A DNA stretch of 64,000 nucleotides, taken from contig JBDHGH010000002.1 in NCBI GenBank assembly GCA_039589995.1, positions 1,014 through 65,013 of the forward strand, written 5' to 3'. A program made the position numbers and the translations under genes. The stretch comes from Gemmatimonadota bacterium (GTDB taxonomy: Bacteria > Gemmatimonadota > Gemmatimonadetes > Palauibacterales > KS3-K002). The notes under the pieces were generated by a model. It searched no databases. It had not been told where the DNA came from and saw nothing but the letters and a program-made list of their open reading frames with translations. The stretch's first letter is position 1; each line of letters opens with the position of its first letter. Positions 8,942 to 17,945 of this stretch are shown here, piece after piece.

Positions 8942-10549
8942 ATGCAATCGCCCATGAACGATCAGACCATGCTCATCGACCCCATACGCCTCGAGGTGTA
9001 CCGTTCGCTTCTGCTAGCCATCGCCGATGAGATGGGCGCCGCGCTTCGACGCAGCGCCTACTCGCCCAACATCAAGGAGCGGCGTGACTATAGCTGTGCG
9101 ATCTGCGACTCTCGCGCTCAGCCCGTAGCCCTGGGCGACCACATGCCGGTCCACCTGGGCGCCATGCCCCAAAGCGTCGTAGCCGCCCTGGCGCACCGGA
9201 CACTCGCCGACGGTGACATAGTCGTCTTGAACGATCCGTTCCACGGCGGCACTCACCTTCCAGATATCACAACGGTACGCGGTGTTTGGGTAGCCGGCTC
9301 GGACGAGCCCATCGCCTACGTCGCGTCGCGTGCCCACCACGCCGACGTGGGCGGCGCCACACCGGGGTCGATGCCACTCTCCAAAGAGATCTTCCAGGAA
9401 GGAATTCGGATTCCACCGGTCTTTCTCGCTCGGAACGGCATAATTCAGCCCGATATCTGGGAGTTACTACTTGCCAACGTGCGTACGCCCACCGAGCGCG
9501 AAGGCGACATGCACGCCCAACTGGCCGCGCTCGATGTCGGAGTCCGAAGGCTGCAGGAATTGGCGAGTCGTAACGGCGTCGAATCGCTGCAAGCCGCGTT
9601 CACGGCCCTCTCATCCTATGCCGATCGACTGCTGCGAGCGGTCATCGAACAGATCCCTGACGGTGAGTACCGAGCGGAGGATTTCATGGATGATGATGGA
9701 GCCGGTTCGGGACCGATACGCATCCACGTAGCGATCGGGGTCAACGGTCAGACCATGAGCGTCGATTTCACTGGGACGGATCCCCAGTGCGCGGGGAATA
9801 TCAACGCGGTGTCTGCCATCACCGAATCGGCTGTGCGCTATGTCCTTCGCTGCGTTGCCGAAGCCGTGCTCGGCACCCCGCTACCGGCCGGCGGTGGCGG
9901 CCTCGAAGCGGTCACCATCGAGACGCCATCGGGAACCGTGATTAACGCCTGCCCGCCCGCCGCTGTAGCCGCTGGCAACGTCGAGACCTCCCAACGGATC
10001 GTGGACGTTGTTTTCCGGGCCATGGGTCAGGCCATGCCGACCCTTATCCCCGCGTGCTCCAGCGGTACGATGAACAACTTCACCGTGGGTGGGCTCGATC
10101 CAACGACAGCCCGGTCATTTGCATATTACGAGACCGTAGCCGGCGGGATGGGTGCCGGGCACAATCGCGACGGACTGTCCGGCGTGCACACCCACATGAC
10201 AAACTCGCTCAACACACCGATCGAGGCTCTCGAGCACGCAATACCGGTGCGAGTCCGACACTATTCGCTCCGCCCGCAATCTGGGGGCGGGGGAAAGCAT
10301 CGCGGGGGAAACGGGCTCCGACGAGACGTGCAGTTGTTGACCGCTGCCAGCGTTTGCGTCCTGTCCGACCGCCGCCGCAACCCACCTTGTGGTGCAGCCG
10401 GTGGATCTCCAGGTTCGCCCGGCGAGAACTGGCTGTGTAGAGGAAGTCAGTGGAGCGAGCTGCCTGGCAAGTTCGCGATCGACGCCGAGGCTGGCGACAC
10501 CATCAGCATCCGGACCCCGGGAGGCGGCGGTTGGGGAAACGAATCCTAA
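8942..10549 (+). CDS. hydantoinase B / oxoprolinase family protein
   Basis: 535 aa with DPIRLEVYRSLLLAIADEMGAALRRSAYSPNIKERRDYSCAI...NDPFHGGTHLPD...GNVETSQRIVDV...THMTNSLNTPIEALE...GGGG, which is diagnostic for HyuB/OplaH-B. Confidence 0.9.
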   Translation: MQSPMNDQTMLIDPIRLEVYRSLLLAIADEMGAALRRSAYSPNIKERRDYSCAICDSRAQPVALGDHMPVHLGAMPQSVVAALAHRTLADGDIVVLNDPFHGGTHLPDITTVRGVWVAGSDEPIAYVASRAHHADVGGATPGSMPLSKEIFQEGIRIPPVFLARNGIIQPDIWELLLANVRTPTEREGDMHAQLAALDVGVRRLQELASRNGVESLQAAFTALSSYADRLLRAVIEQIPDGEYRAEDFMDDDGAGSGPIRIHVAIGVNGQTMSVDFTGTDPQCAGNINAVSAITESAVRYVLRCVAEAVLGTPLPAGGGGLEAVTIETPSGTVINACPPAAVAAGNVETSQRIVDVVFRAMGQAMPTLIPACSSGTMNNFTVGGLDPTTARSFAYYETVAGGMGAGHNRDGLSGVHTHMTNSLNTPIEALEHAIPVRVRHYSLRPQSGGGGKHRGGNGLRRDVQLLTAASVCVLSDRRRNPPCGAAGGSPGSPGENWLCRGSQWSELPGKFAIDAEAGDTISIRTPGGGGWGNES

Positions 10550-10593
10550 AGGCCAAGGGTCCGCAGCAGGGGCTGCAGACCACACGTGTAGTC

Positions 10594-11337
10594 GTGACGC
10601 GCGACCTACAGTTAACCCATCAACGGGTGTCGTACTCCGAGGGTGGCGTTGGCGCCCCGATCATTCTCATACACGGCCTGGGCGGTTCCAGTCGCTGGTG
10701 GTTCCCACTCTTCCCCGAACTCACGTCAGCCCAACTAAGGATCATCGCACCAGATTTGCCGGGGTTTGGCCGGACCCCCGGCCCGACTCTCTCAATTAAA
10801 GATGCGGCAAGAGTCGTCGTGGAACTGGCGGATCACCACAAGTTGGGCCACTTCTTTCTCGCCGGCCACTCGATGGGGGGTGCCATCGCCGCCGAAATAG
10901 CCGCCGACTACGGTGGGCGCGTACGCCGCCTGATACTCGTCGACAGCGCCGGCATACCGCACCGTCTTTCGGGCCGTTGGGTCGGGCGAGTGATAAGGCC
11001 CTGGACCTGGTGTCCACTCGGCTTCTATAGAACGCTTCTGGGTGACGTCATTCGCTCCGGTCCGGGCAATATGCGCGCAGGCATCCGAATAGTCCGGCGC
11101 TATGACATCCGGCCGCTGCTCGGCCGCATCGACATCCCCACCCTCCTGCTCTGGGGCGAGAAAGACAGCCTGACCCCAGTCGAAAACGGACACACCATCG
11201 CGAAGGGACTGGCACACGGCCGCCTCGAGGTCATCGCCAAGGCTCGACATCTGCCGATGGTGAGTGACCCCAGCGCGACGTCACGATTGATTCTGGAGTT
11301 CTTGAAGGAAGAGCTCGAAGCGGTCAGTGGCGGCTAA
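10594..11337 (+). CDS. alpha/beta hydrolase
   Basis: ORF 10450..11337. The upstream part overlaps hyuB and is Arg-rich junk, and a GTG at 10594 gives VTRDLQLTHQRVSYSEGG. It has HGLGGSSRWW and the nucleophile elbow GHSMGG. Confidence 0.85.
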   Translation: MTRDLQLTHQRVSYSEGGVGAPIILIHGLGGSSRWWFPLFPELTSAQLRIIAPDLPGFGRTPGPTLSIKDAARVVVELADHHKLGHFFLAGHSMGGAIAAEIAADYGGRVRRLILVDSAGIPHRLSGRWVGRVIRPWTWCPLGFYRTLLGDVIRSGPGNMRAGIRIVRRYDIRPLLGRIDIPTLLLWGEKDSLTPVENGHTIAKGLAHGRLEVIAKARHLPMVSDPSATSRLILEFLKEELEAVSGG

Positions 11338-12128
11338 TCGGCACTTAACATCTCGGCGGTTAGCTGTGTGCCTGGCACGTACTCGGTAAGCTCAAGGATC
11401 ACCGATCCGACTTTCAGCTTGGTCACGATCTTTACCGGCATGCGCCTCTCATCATCCGTGAGGTAAATCTCCGCCTCCCCACTCTCGGAGAAAATTCCCT
11501 TCGCTTTGATGATGGGACGAACAACAATGGTCGAGAACTTACCGGCGGGCACCTTGATGTCCTCACGACGCAGGACTTTGATGATCACGGGGTTGCGATC
11601 CCAGCGGAAATAGTTGTTCCATTCGTACGTCTCGCCGACCTCCAAGCGCCTCGAGCGTACAAAGTAGACAAACGACGCATCATCGAGCGGGTTGGCCGGG
11701 ACCGAATCGCTCTCCCCATCGTTCCTCTTATAGGTGCCATTCTCGAGGTCGAATCGATAATCCCAGTATCGTTCGTAACTGCCTTGATGGGTATCCTGGA
11801 CGTAGCGACGACTGGACAAGACATACACGTCGAGCCACGACTCTTGTAGGTCCTCGAGCTTGTAGAATGGCGTGGATCCCTTGATCAGCGACTTAACGTG
11901 ATAGGTCGGATAGCCGGCGATTGTGTCGATCCCGGCAACTTGCATATAGGCCTGTCCGACTTTCAGCGGGCCAAACTTGACCTTGTAGTCGAGGCGTTCC
12001 CCCACTCCGAACGGAACGGAGGCCAACGCCGGCTGTTCCACCGCTTCGGTCGATGAGACCGCCTGACCGAACACGTAGGCAGGTGCGAAAGCGATGAACA
12101 GAAGCGTGGCCGCCAGAGTCTTCATCAT
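11334..12128 (-). CDS. DUF3108-like secreted protein
   Basis: Signal peptide MMKTLAATLLFIAFAPAYVFGQ. GERLDYKVKFGPLKVGQAYMQV... and the overall beta-rich pattern resemble DUF3108. Family recalled by eye only. Confidence 0.6.
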   Translation of the reverse strand: MMKTLAATLLFIAFAPAYVFGQAVSSTEAVEQPALASVPFGVGERLDYKVKFGPLKVGQAYMQVAGIDTIAGYPTYHVKSLIKGSTPFYKLEDLQESWLDVYVLSSRRYVQDTHQGSYERYWDYRFDLENGTYKRNDGESDSVPANPLDDASFVYFVRSRRLEVGETYEWNNYFRWDRNPVIIKVLRREDIKVPAGKFSTIVVRPIIKAKGIFSESGEAEIYLTDDERRMPVKIVTKLKVGSVILELTEYVPGTQLTAEMLSAD

Positions 12129-12844
12129 CCCCTCAGCAACCCGACATAGTCACGTGCTGCGCGCCAGACAGACTGTCGGCTGGGACGGACTCGTCGATCG
12201 TATCGAGCTTCGGCTTCCGTTTCTTCGACTCGCCGCGTGTGCGGTGCCACAGCCAGGAGTAGCTCCAGGCTCGCGGCCCAACCGTCGCGCCTGACGACCC
12301 GGGCTTCATCTTGATCTCTAAGCGCCTTTCTCAGCAGGCCTACCCGATAAGCGCGAAGTCCTGAGATCGGATCGCTGACGCCCTCGGGCAGTTCCAGCTT
12401 CCGCTCCAACCACGGCAACCCTCTGCGCACCCAACGGACGGCACGCGGTGCGGACCTTCCATTGGGCGGTTGAGCGGCAACGACGAGGTCGGCTCCGCCT
12501 TCGACCCGCCTCACCATCCCGGGAATCGCGTGCGGCTCCTCGGTGAAGTCGGCCTGTAGCGTTACCACGACGTCTCGACGTGGGTACGAAGCCCGGGAGA
12601 TCGCTTCCCGGAGAAGTCTCTCCAGAGCAGCGCCGTGGCCCTGGCGATGCTCGTTGCGCAAGATCTCCAAAGGAAGCACTTGCGTGTAAGGCGAGACAAC
12701 CTCCGCGGTGCGATCGGTTGACCCGTCGTCGAGGAAGAAGATTTGATAATCACGCCCAAACTCCGACATGACCTGTCGGATTTTCCAGAGAAGAACGCCC
12801 GCCGTATTCTCTTCGTTATGGGCCGGAATGCAGATATAGATCAC
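12125..12844 (-). CDS. family 2 glycosyltransferase
   Basis: MIYICIPAHNEE...IFFLDDGSTDRT, the GT2 N-terminal DxD-type signature. It overlaps the next gene by 4 nt. Confidence 0.85.
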   Translation of the reverse strand: MIYICIPAHNEENTAGVLLWKIRQVMSEFGRDYQIFFLDDGSTDRTAEVVSPYTQVLPLEILRNEHRQGHGAALERLLREAISRASYPRRDVVVTLQADFTEEPHAIPGMVRRVEGGADLVVAAQPPNGRSAPRAVRWVRRGLPWLERKLELPEGVSDPISGLRAYRVGLLRKALRDQDEARVVRRDGWAASLELLLAVAPHTRRVEETEAEARYDRRVRPSRQSVWRAARDYVGLLRG

Positions 12845-12913
12845 AGTTGAGACGACTCTTACGTGTATATGTTCTTCGGTGCTACACTGCCGCGCTCGGC
12901 AAGCAGGGCCCCG

Positions 12914-13672
12914 CTAATCCCCAGTAGTACTACCAACCGGGGCCAGGTCGGTTCCCGGCGGCGACGTTTTCCACCTCTTATGATGCCAGAAATACTGGTC
13001 CGGGTAAAGCCGTACACGCCTTTCCAGTTCCTCTACCCACTTCTTTGTAAGCTCGAGAACTCGTTCCTTGATGTCACCACCCTCCGGGTGTTCGAGCCTG
13101 ACAAGCCAGCCGTGGTACTCACGCGGACCCACACGTTGCACCCCACCAACGAGGACTGGCACGCCCGTACGCAGCGCCAGAAGAGCCGGCACCCGATGGG
13201 TTGAAGCGGGTCGTCCGAACCAGGGGACGAACACTCCTTCCTTTCTGGCATCCTGATCCGCGACGAACGCGACCAGTCTCCCGGCAGCCAAGCTTTCCTT
13301 GAAGCGGCCCCAGGGATTCGCTCGATCGATCAGACCCATCCCGAGATTTCGCCTGTACCGCTCCACCAGCGGGGTGATCAGCGGGTTTCGCATCCCTTGC
13401 ATGACAGCATCGACAGGATAGCCCAAGGCTGCCAACGCCGATCCGGCCAAATCCCAATTGCCGAAGTGTCCACTGACGATGACGGCGCCCCGACCTTCCG
13501 CATATGCAGCCTTCAGTGCGTCGCGCCCCTCGATCTCGATGACACGCCGGCGTACCTCTTCGAGCCCGCGACGCGAGACATAGGGCGTGCTCAGCCACTC
13601 CCTACCGGCGTGACGGAACGCGGACCTGGCGGCACTCGTCACCCATTCCTCGGATTTCCCTGGGAAGGCCAA
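12914..13672 (-). CDS. lysophospholipid / lipid A (LpxL/HtrB-family) acyltransferase
   Basis: HFGNWDLAG (HX4D-type acyltransferase motif), VAFVADQD, VPWFGRPASTHRVPALLALRTGVPV. The family-like sequence continues upstream of the TTG at 13672 (see finding). Confidence 0.85.
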   Translation of the reverse strand: MAFPGKSEEWVTSAARSAFRHAGREWLSTPYVSRRGLEEVRRRVIEIEGRDALKAAYAEGRGAVIVSGHFGNWDLAGSALAALGYPVDAVMQGMRNPLITPLVERYRRNLGMGLIDRANPWGRFKESLAAGRLVAFVADQDARKEGVFVPWFGRPASTHRVPALLALRTGVPVLVGGVQRVGPREYHGWLVRLEHPEGGDIKERVLELTKKWVEELERRVRLYPDQYFWHHKRWKTSPPGTDLAPVGSTTGD

Positions 13673-13830
13673 GGCGAGATGATCCTCGACAACCTGACTG
13701 CGCCAGCCGAGCCTGTAGGCTAAGCCGCCAAGCCCCTCGCCCAGCCGCTCGCCAACGGCTGGAGGTGTACGAGCCAGTACTCCGAGGACCGCGCGCGACG
13801 CTCCATACTCGAGGACGTAGCGAAGGCGAG

Positions 13831-15660
13831 TCAGCGGACCGTCACTCCTCCCTGGGGCGCTCCTTCTGGCATCGCAAACTGGAGGTCGTAGAGGCGCCGA
13901 TAAACACCGTTTCGCTCGAGGAGGTCCTGGTGCCGCCCCGACTCCACTATCCGTCCGTCCTCCAGCACGACGATATGGTGCGCTCCCTGGATCGTCGACA
14001 AGCGATGCGCCACGACTATGACAGTGCGGTTAGCCATCAGTCTGTCGATCGCCTGTTGGACCAAGCGCTCGGACTCGGTATCGAGCGACGAAGTGGCTTC
14101 ATCGAATATCAGCAACGGTGGATCTCGAAGTATTGCCCGCGCGATGGCGACCCGCTGACGCTGGCCGCCCGAAAGACGTACGCCGCGATCTCCGAGCACC
14201 GTCTCGTAGCCCTCGGGGAGCTGAGAGATGAACTGGTGAGCGTTCGCCGCTGTCGCCGCGGCCTCGATCTCGTCTTGCGTGTATCGGTCGGGTTCGCCGT
14301 AAGCGATGTTCGCGCGAACCGTGTCATGGAAGATCACTGTCTCCTGGGAAACGACACCGAGCAGATCTCGCAGTGAATCGAGTCGAACCTCGTCGATCTC
14401 TACACCGTCGATCATGATCCGCCCGCTGGACACTTTGTAGAACCGCGGCAGAAGATCGACGATGGTGCTTTTGCCCGCCCCGGAGGGACCTACCAGTGCT
14501 ACGACTTCACCGCACCGCACCTCGAAGTTCACCCCCGTGAGCACTTCCTCTTCGCCGTCGTAGGCAAAGTGCACGTCCTCGTAAGTGACCGCCTGCTCGA
14601 ATTGTTCGATCCTTCGACCACTCTCCTGATCATCCTCGACGTCGGTATCGAGTATTTCGACGAAACGGTCGGCTGCAGCCAGCGACGTCTGCGCGCGCGC
14701 CGGCAGTGTTGTCAGAGCCTTGATCGGCGATTGGACCCTTAGCGAGATCGTCAGGAAAGTGAGGAACGCCTCGGCCGTCATCTCACCGCTGAACACAAGC
14801 TGAGCGCCCAGCCAAACCAGGACCAAGGTCACGATGGTGCCCAGGACCTCGGAGATTGGCGAGCTCAGTAGCCGCAACCGCTCGGTACGAACGAAAGTCT
14901 TGAAGTACCTTTGGTTCGTACGCCTGAAGCGCTCGGACTCGTAGCCCTCTGCACCGTAGGCTTTGACGAGCCGCGTACCCGATGCCGACTCCTGCAGCAA
15001 GCTGGTCAACTCGCCCTGGGCATCGTACGCTCGGCGGAATCCATGCCGCAGGCGACCGAGCAACGGTTTGATGAATCCCAGAAACAAGGGAGCCGTGACC
15101 AGCACGATCAGCGTAAGCTTCCAAGAGATCAGCACCAACATTGCCACAAACGCGAACAACGACACCACATGCTTGAGCACGTCTGCGACCGTGTACGTGA
15201 TGATGTCTTTCGTTTGGTTGGTGTCGTTGAACACTCGCGCCAGCAGTTGGCCCGCTTTTTGGCGATCGAAGTATCCGAGGGGCAGTCTTTGCAGGTGGGT
15301 GTAAAGTTGGTTACGCATGTCTCGGACGATTCCCTCGCGCACCTTCACGCCCAAGGCTTCCGCTGTATAGAAGAATGCGTTCTTCAGAAGCAGGCCCACC
15401 ATTACCAGGATAACGACGTTGCGTAGGGCCGCACTGGGGCTCGACTGGTCGATGAAGGGTCCGACGGTGGCTTCCAAGAGCTGGTCGATCATCGCCCCAC
15501 CGCCGGGGATCGCCGTCGCCTCTCCGAACAGAGAGCGGAGGAACGGGATGAGCAGGACCATCGTGAAACCATCGAGGAGCGACCCGAGCGCCATCGCCAC
15601 AAGGCTGGCCAAGAACACCATCCGGTAAGGGCTGAGGTACTTGAGCAACCTAGCGTACAT
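13831..15660 (-). CDS. msbA: ABC transporter permease/ATPase, MsbA-like lipid exporter
   Basis: Six-TM exporter domain plus NBD with Walker A GPSGAGKST, signature LSGGQRQRVAIARA and Walker B LLIFDEATSSLD. It lies next to a lipid A acyltransferase homologue. Confidence 0.85.
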   Translation of the reverse strand: MYARLLKYLSPYRMVFLASLVAMALGSLLDGFTMVLLIPFLRSLFGEATAIPGGGAMIDQLLEATVGPFIDQSSPSAALRNVVILVMVGLLLKNAFFYTAEALGVKVREGIVRDMRNQLYTHLQRLPLGYFDRQKAGQLLARVFNDTNQTKDIITYTVADVLKHVVSLFAFVAMLVLISWKLTLIVLVTAPLFLGFIKPLLGRLRHGFRRAYDAQGELTSLLQESASGTRLVKAYGAEGYESERFRRTNQRYFKTFVRTERLRLLSSPISEVLGTIVTLVLVWLGAQLVFSGEMTAEAFLTFLTISLRVQSPIKALTTLPARAQTSLAAADRFVEILDTDVEDDQESGRRIEQFEQAVTYEDVHFAYDGEEEVLTGVNFEVRCGEVVALVGPSGAGKSTIVDLLPRFYKVSSGRIMIDGVEIDEVRLDSLRDLLGVVSQETVIFHDTVRANIAYGEPDRYTQDEIEAAATAANAHQFISQLPEGYETVLGDRGVRLSGGQRQRVAIARAILRDPPLLIFDEATSSLDTESERLVQQAIDRLMANRTVIVVAHRLSTIQGAHHIVVLEDGRIVESGRHQDLLERNGVYRRLYDLQFAMPEGAPQGGVTVR

Positions 15661-17247
15661 CTAGGAAGCCTCACCGCGGGGCTTGAGCAGGGCCACCGGC
15701 AGGATCATCTCGTCCGGGCTTATTCCACCGTGCAAGAAGCTGTCACGATACCGGGATTGGTACTCCCGCAACTTCGTGGGATACACGAAGAAGAAGTCCT
15801 CGCGGGCGACAAGGTAGTTGGTTTTCAGGCCGCCAGCGGGTAGTCGTATCGAGCCCCCGTCGGCGACCGAGAAGACGTTCGAGGGTGTCTCCGCTCGCAG
15901 GTCGTCTCCGTACTTGTAGCGCAGGCTTTGGGTCGCGTCTCGTTTCGCGAACACGGTCGTGGGTCGATGGCAGTGGACAGAGCCGTGGTCGGTGGTGAGC
16001 AGAACGCGTACGCCACGATCCCGCAGGATCTTCAGCGCCTTGCGCAGATCGGATCCTTCGTACCACGTGACGGTCAATCGACGCAGGGCTTCGGTATCGC
16101 GAGCCATATCGAACAGCAGTTGCGACTCACCACGTCCGTGGGTCAGGAGGTCCACAAAATTGAATACGATCCCGATGGCACGCCGCTCGTCCAACAGCGC
16201 AGGCAGTCGTCGGAGCATCGCGTCTCCATCGCTCGCCGTGTTCACCTTCTCGTAGTGCGACGGAACCGCACCATCGGTGAGGCGCCCAATCTGTTCGGCA
16301 AACAGTTCCCCCTCGAACGAGTTCAGGCCGGTCGTCTCGAAGGCCTCCGGCCACCCGGGCCGCGACCGGGCCAACTCGTCCGGAAAGACCCCACTGAATA
16401 TGGCGTTCCTCGAATACGGCGTCGCCGTCGGAAGGATCGAGATATAGAGATCCTCCTCCACTTCGAAGTCCTCGTCGATGATCGATTGAAGAGCTCGCCA
16501 CTGGTCCAATCGCAGGCAATCGATGACAATCAGAACCGAAGGCTCATCTCGGGCCAACAGCGGGAGAAAAAAGCTGGGGACGATGTCCACCGACAGCGAC
16601 GGACGCTCCGCCTGGCCCACCGCGACCCAACTGGCGTAGTTCTCTGCGACGAAATCGGAAAACTGCCGAAGCGCATCGCCCATCAGCGTGCGCAACGACT
16701 CCAGCAGTCCGACCTCGTCGGCTGCGCCGAGAGCCAGTTCCCAGTCTACGAGGTCGGAGTACACATCCGTCCAATCGCGCCACTCGCGAGCGTGATCGAT
16801 CCGCGACAACATATCGGTGTACGCTTGAACGAAGTCGCGAGCCATCTGTTCGTGGCGAAGACCCGGTCCTTCGAGAATGCGCGTCACCACCGAGGCCACT
16901 TGTCGAGGACTCGTCGGCTTGACGATGTAGTCGTCGACCCGCCGAGCGATCGCATCGGTGAGCGTCGTTTCCTCTTCGCTCTTCGTCACCATGACGACGG
17001 CGATCCGCGAATCGACACCCCGGATCTCCCTCAACATTTCGGTTCCGGTTCGGCCAGGCATTTCCTGGTCGAGAAGAACGAGGTCGTAGCTGCGGCGGCG
17101 AAGTTGGCTGAGCGCGTCGTCGCCGTTCGGTGTAGTATCGACTTCGTATCCGCGTTGTTGGAGAACGAGACGGTGCGGCAGGAGCAAGTCTACTTCGTCA
17201 TCGACCCAGAGTATCCGACCCTTCACCTGTCGCGTGACTGGCATCAC
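15661..17247 (-). CDS. PorX-like response regulator: REC domain fused to PglZ / alkaline-phosphatase-superfamily domain
   Basis: REC (ILWVDDEVDLL...DLVLLDQEMPGRTG...VVMVTKS...YIVKP), a helical linker, then a PglZ-like domain (VLIVIDCLRLDQW...PTATPYSRNAIFSG...LLTTDHGSV). The 528-aa length and architecture match T9SS PorX. Confidence 0.8.
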   Translation of the reverse strand: MMPVTRQVKGRILWVDDEVDLLLPHRLVLQQRGYEVDTTPNGDDALSQLRRRSYDLVLLDQEMPGRTGTEMLREIRGVDSRIAVVMVTKSEEETTLTDAIARRVDDYIVKPTSPRQVASVVTRILEGPGLRHEQMARDFVQAYTDMLSRIDHAREWRDWTDVYSDLVDWELALGAADEVGLLESLRTLMGDALRQFSDFVAENYASWVAVGQAERPSLSVDIVPSFFLPLLARDEPSVLIVIDCLRLDQWRALQSIIDEDFEVEEDLYISILPTATPYSRNAIFSGVFPDELARSRPGWPEAFETTGLNSFEGELFAEQIGRLTDGAVPSHYEKVNTASDGDAMLRRLPALLDERRAIGIVFNFVDLLTHGRGESQLLFDMARDTEALRRLTVTWYEGSDLRKALKILRDRGVRVLLTTDHGSVHCHRPTTVFAKRDATQSLRYKYGDDLRAETPSNVFSVADGGSIRLPAGGLKTNYLVAREDFFFVYPTKLREYQSRYRDSFLHGGISPDEMILPVALLKPRGEAS

Positions 17248-17924
17248 AGTTTCCAGGTATAGCTATACCAGGTAGCAACGGCCCGACCGGCACGCTCGGC
17301 CGGTTCGAACACCCAATCGCGGGCTTCTCTCATCAAATCAGAGTTGTACCTGGAATCGGGGGTAGGTGGATCCAGCCGCACGCTGTCCACTGCGCCCGCC
17401 TGGTTGATGAAGACCCAAACCGTCACCTCCTTACCCCGCACGTTGGATGGGCGGTTGAGCGGCGCCATGATCACACCTCGCGGCGTGGGAGGGATCAGTC
17501 GTCTGAGGCCGGACATCGCGTTGCCCTGATCGCCGCGGCCTTCGCCGCCCGGCAACCCCGCCCCGGTCTCCTCGCCCTCGCGGGTACCCTCGCCCGGATC
17601 GCGCAGCTCGATCTCGTTGAACGCCAATACGGGCTCCTCGAGTTGCTCTTCGACCTGCACCGGTTCGATCACAGGTGTCTCGGGCCGGGGTGGAATCTGG
17701 ATTTCGACGGGAGGACGCAACGCGATGGCTCTCATACCGCCACCTCCCGCCGCAGCAACAGGATCGCCGCTACCGGGGCCGGCTGCTGCATACGGAGTCA
17801 ACCGCTCCGCTTCCCTCTGAAAGAAGAAGAATAGTATCAGGTGGAATAGAACCGACAGGAGCAATCCGACGCGCCAGGTCTTACCTTCCCGACGAAGTCG
17901 CTGTTCAACTTGCTCCACAGCCAT
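17244..17924 (-). CDS. TonB-family energy transducer-like protein
   Basis: N-terminal TM anchor (WRVGLLLSVLFHLILFFFF), a Pro/Glu-rich spacer, and a C-terminal TonB-like domain (VTVWVFINQAGAVDSVRLDPPTP...REARDWVFEPAERAGRAV). Confidence 0.7.
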   Translation of the reverse strand: MAVEQVEQRLRREGKTWRVGLLLSVLFHLILFFFFQREAERLTPYAAAGPGSGDPVAAAGGGGMRAIALRPPVEIQIPPRPETPVIEPVQVEEQLEEPVLAFNEIELRDPGEGTREGEETGAGLPGGEGRGDQGNAMSGLRRLIPPTPRGVIMAPLNRPSNVRGKEVTVWVFINQAGAVDSVRLDPPTPDSRYNSDLMREARDWVFEPAERAGRAVATWYSYTWKL

Positions 17925-17945
17925 CGAACCACGTTTCCTTCCCGA

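Noticed and set aside
15661-17247. The PglZ domain as a hint of a BREX/phage-defence locus.
   Set aside because: The domain is fused to a receiver domain (PorX architecture). No BREX partners (PglX methyltransferase, BrxC ATPase, BrxA/B, Lon-like BrxL) are present. The neighbours are envelope-biogenesis genes.
15928-17262. 444-aa ORF on the plus strand, antisense to the PorX-like gene. Similar long antisense ORFs lie at 27364..28245, 34154..34981, 51247..52224, 58250..59623 and 62257..63222.
   Set aside because: All lie opposite genes with clear family signatures. Their translations are Arg/His/Gly-rich with no motifs. These are the typical shadow ORFs of GC-rich DNA.
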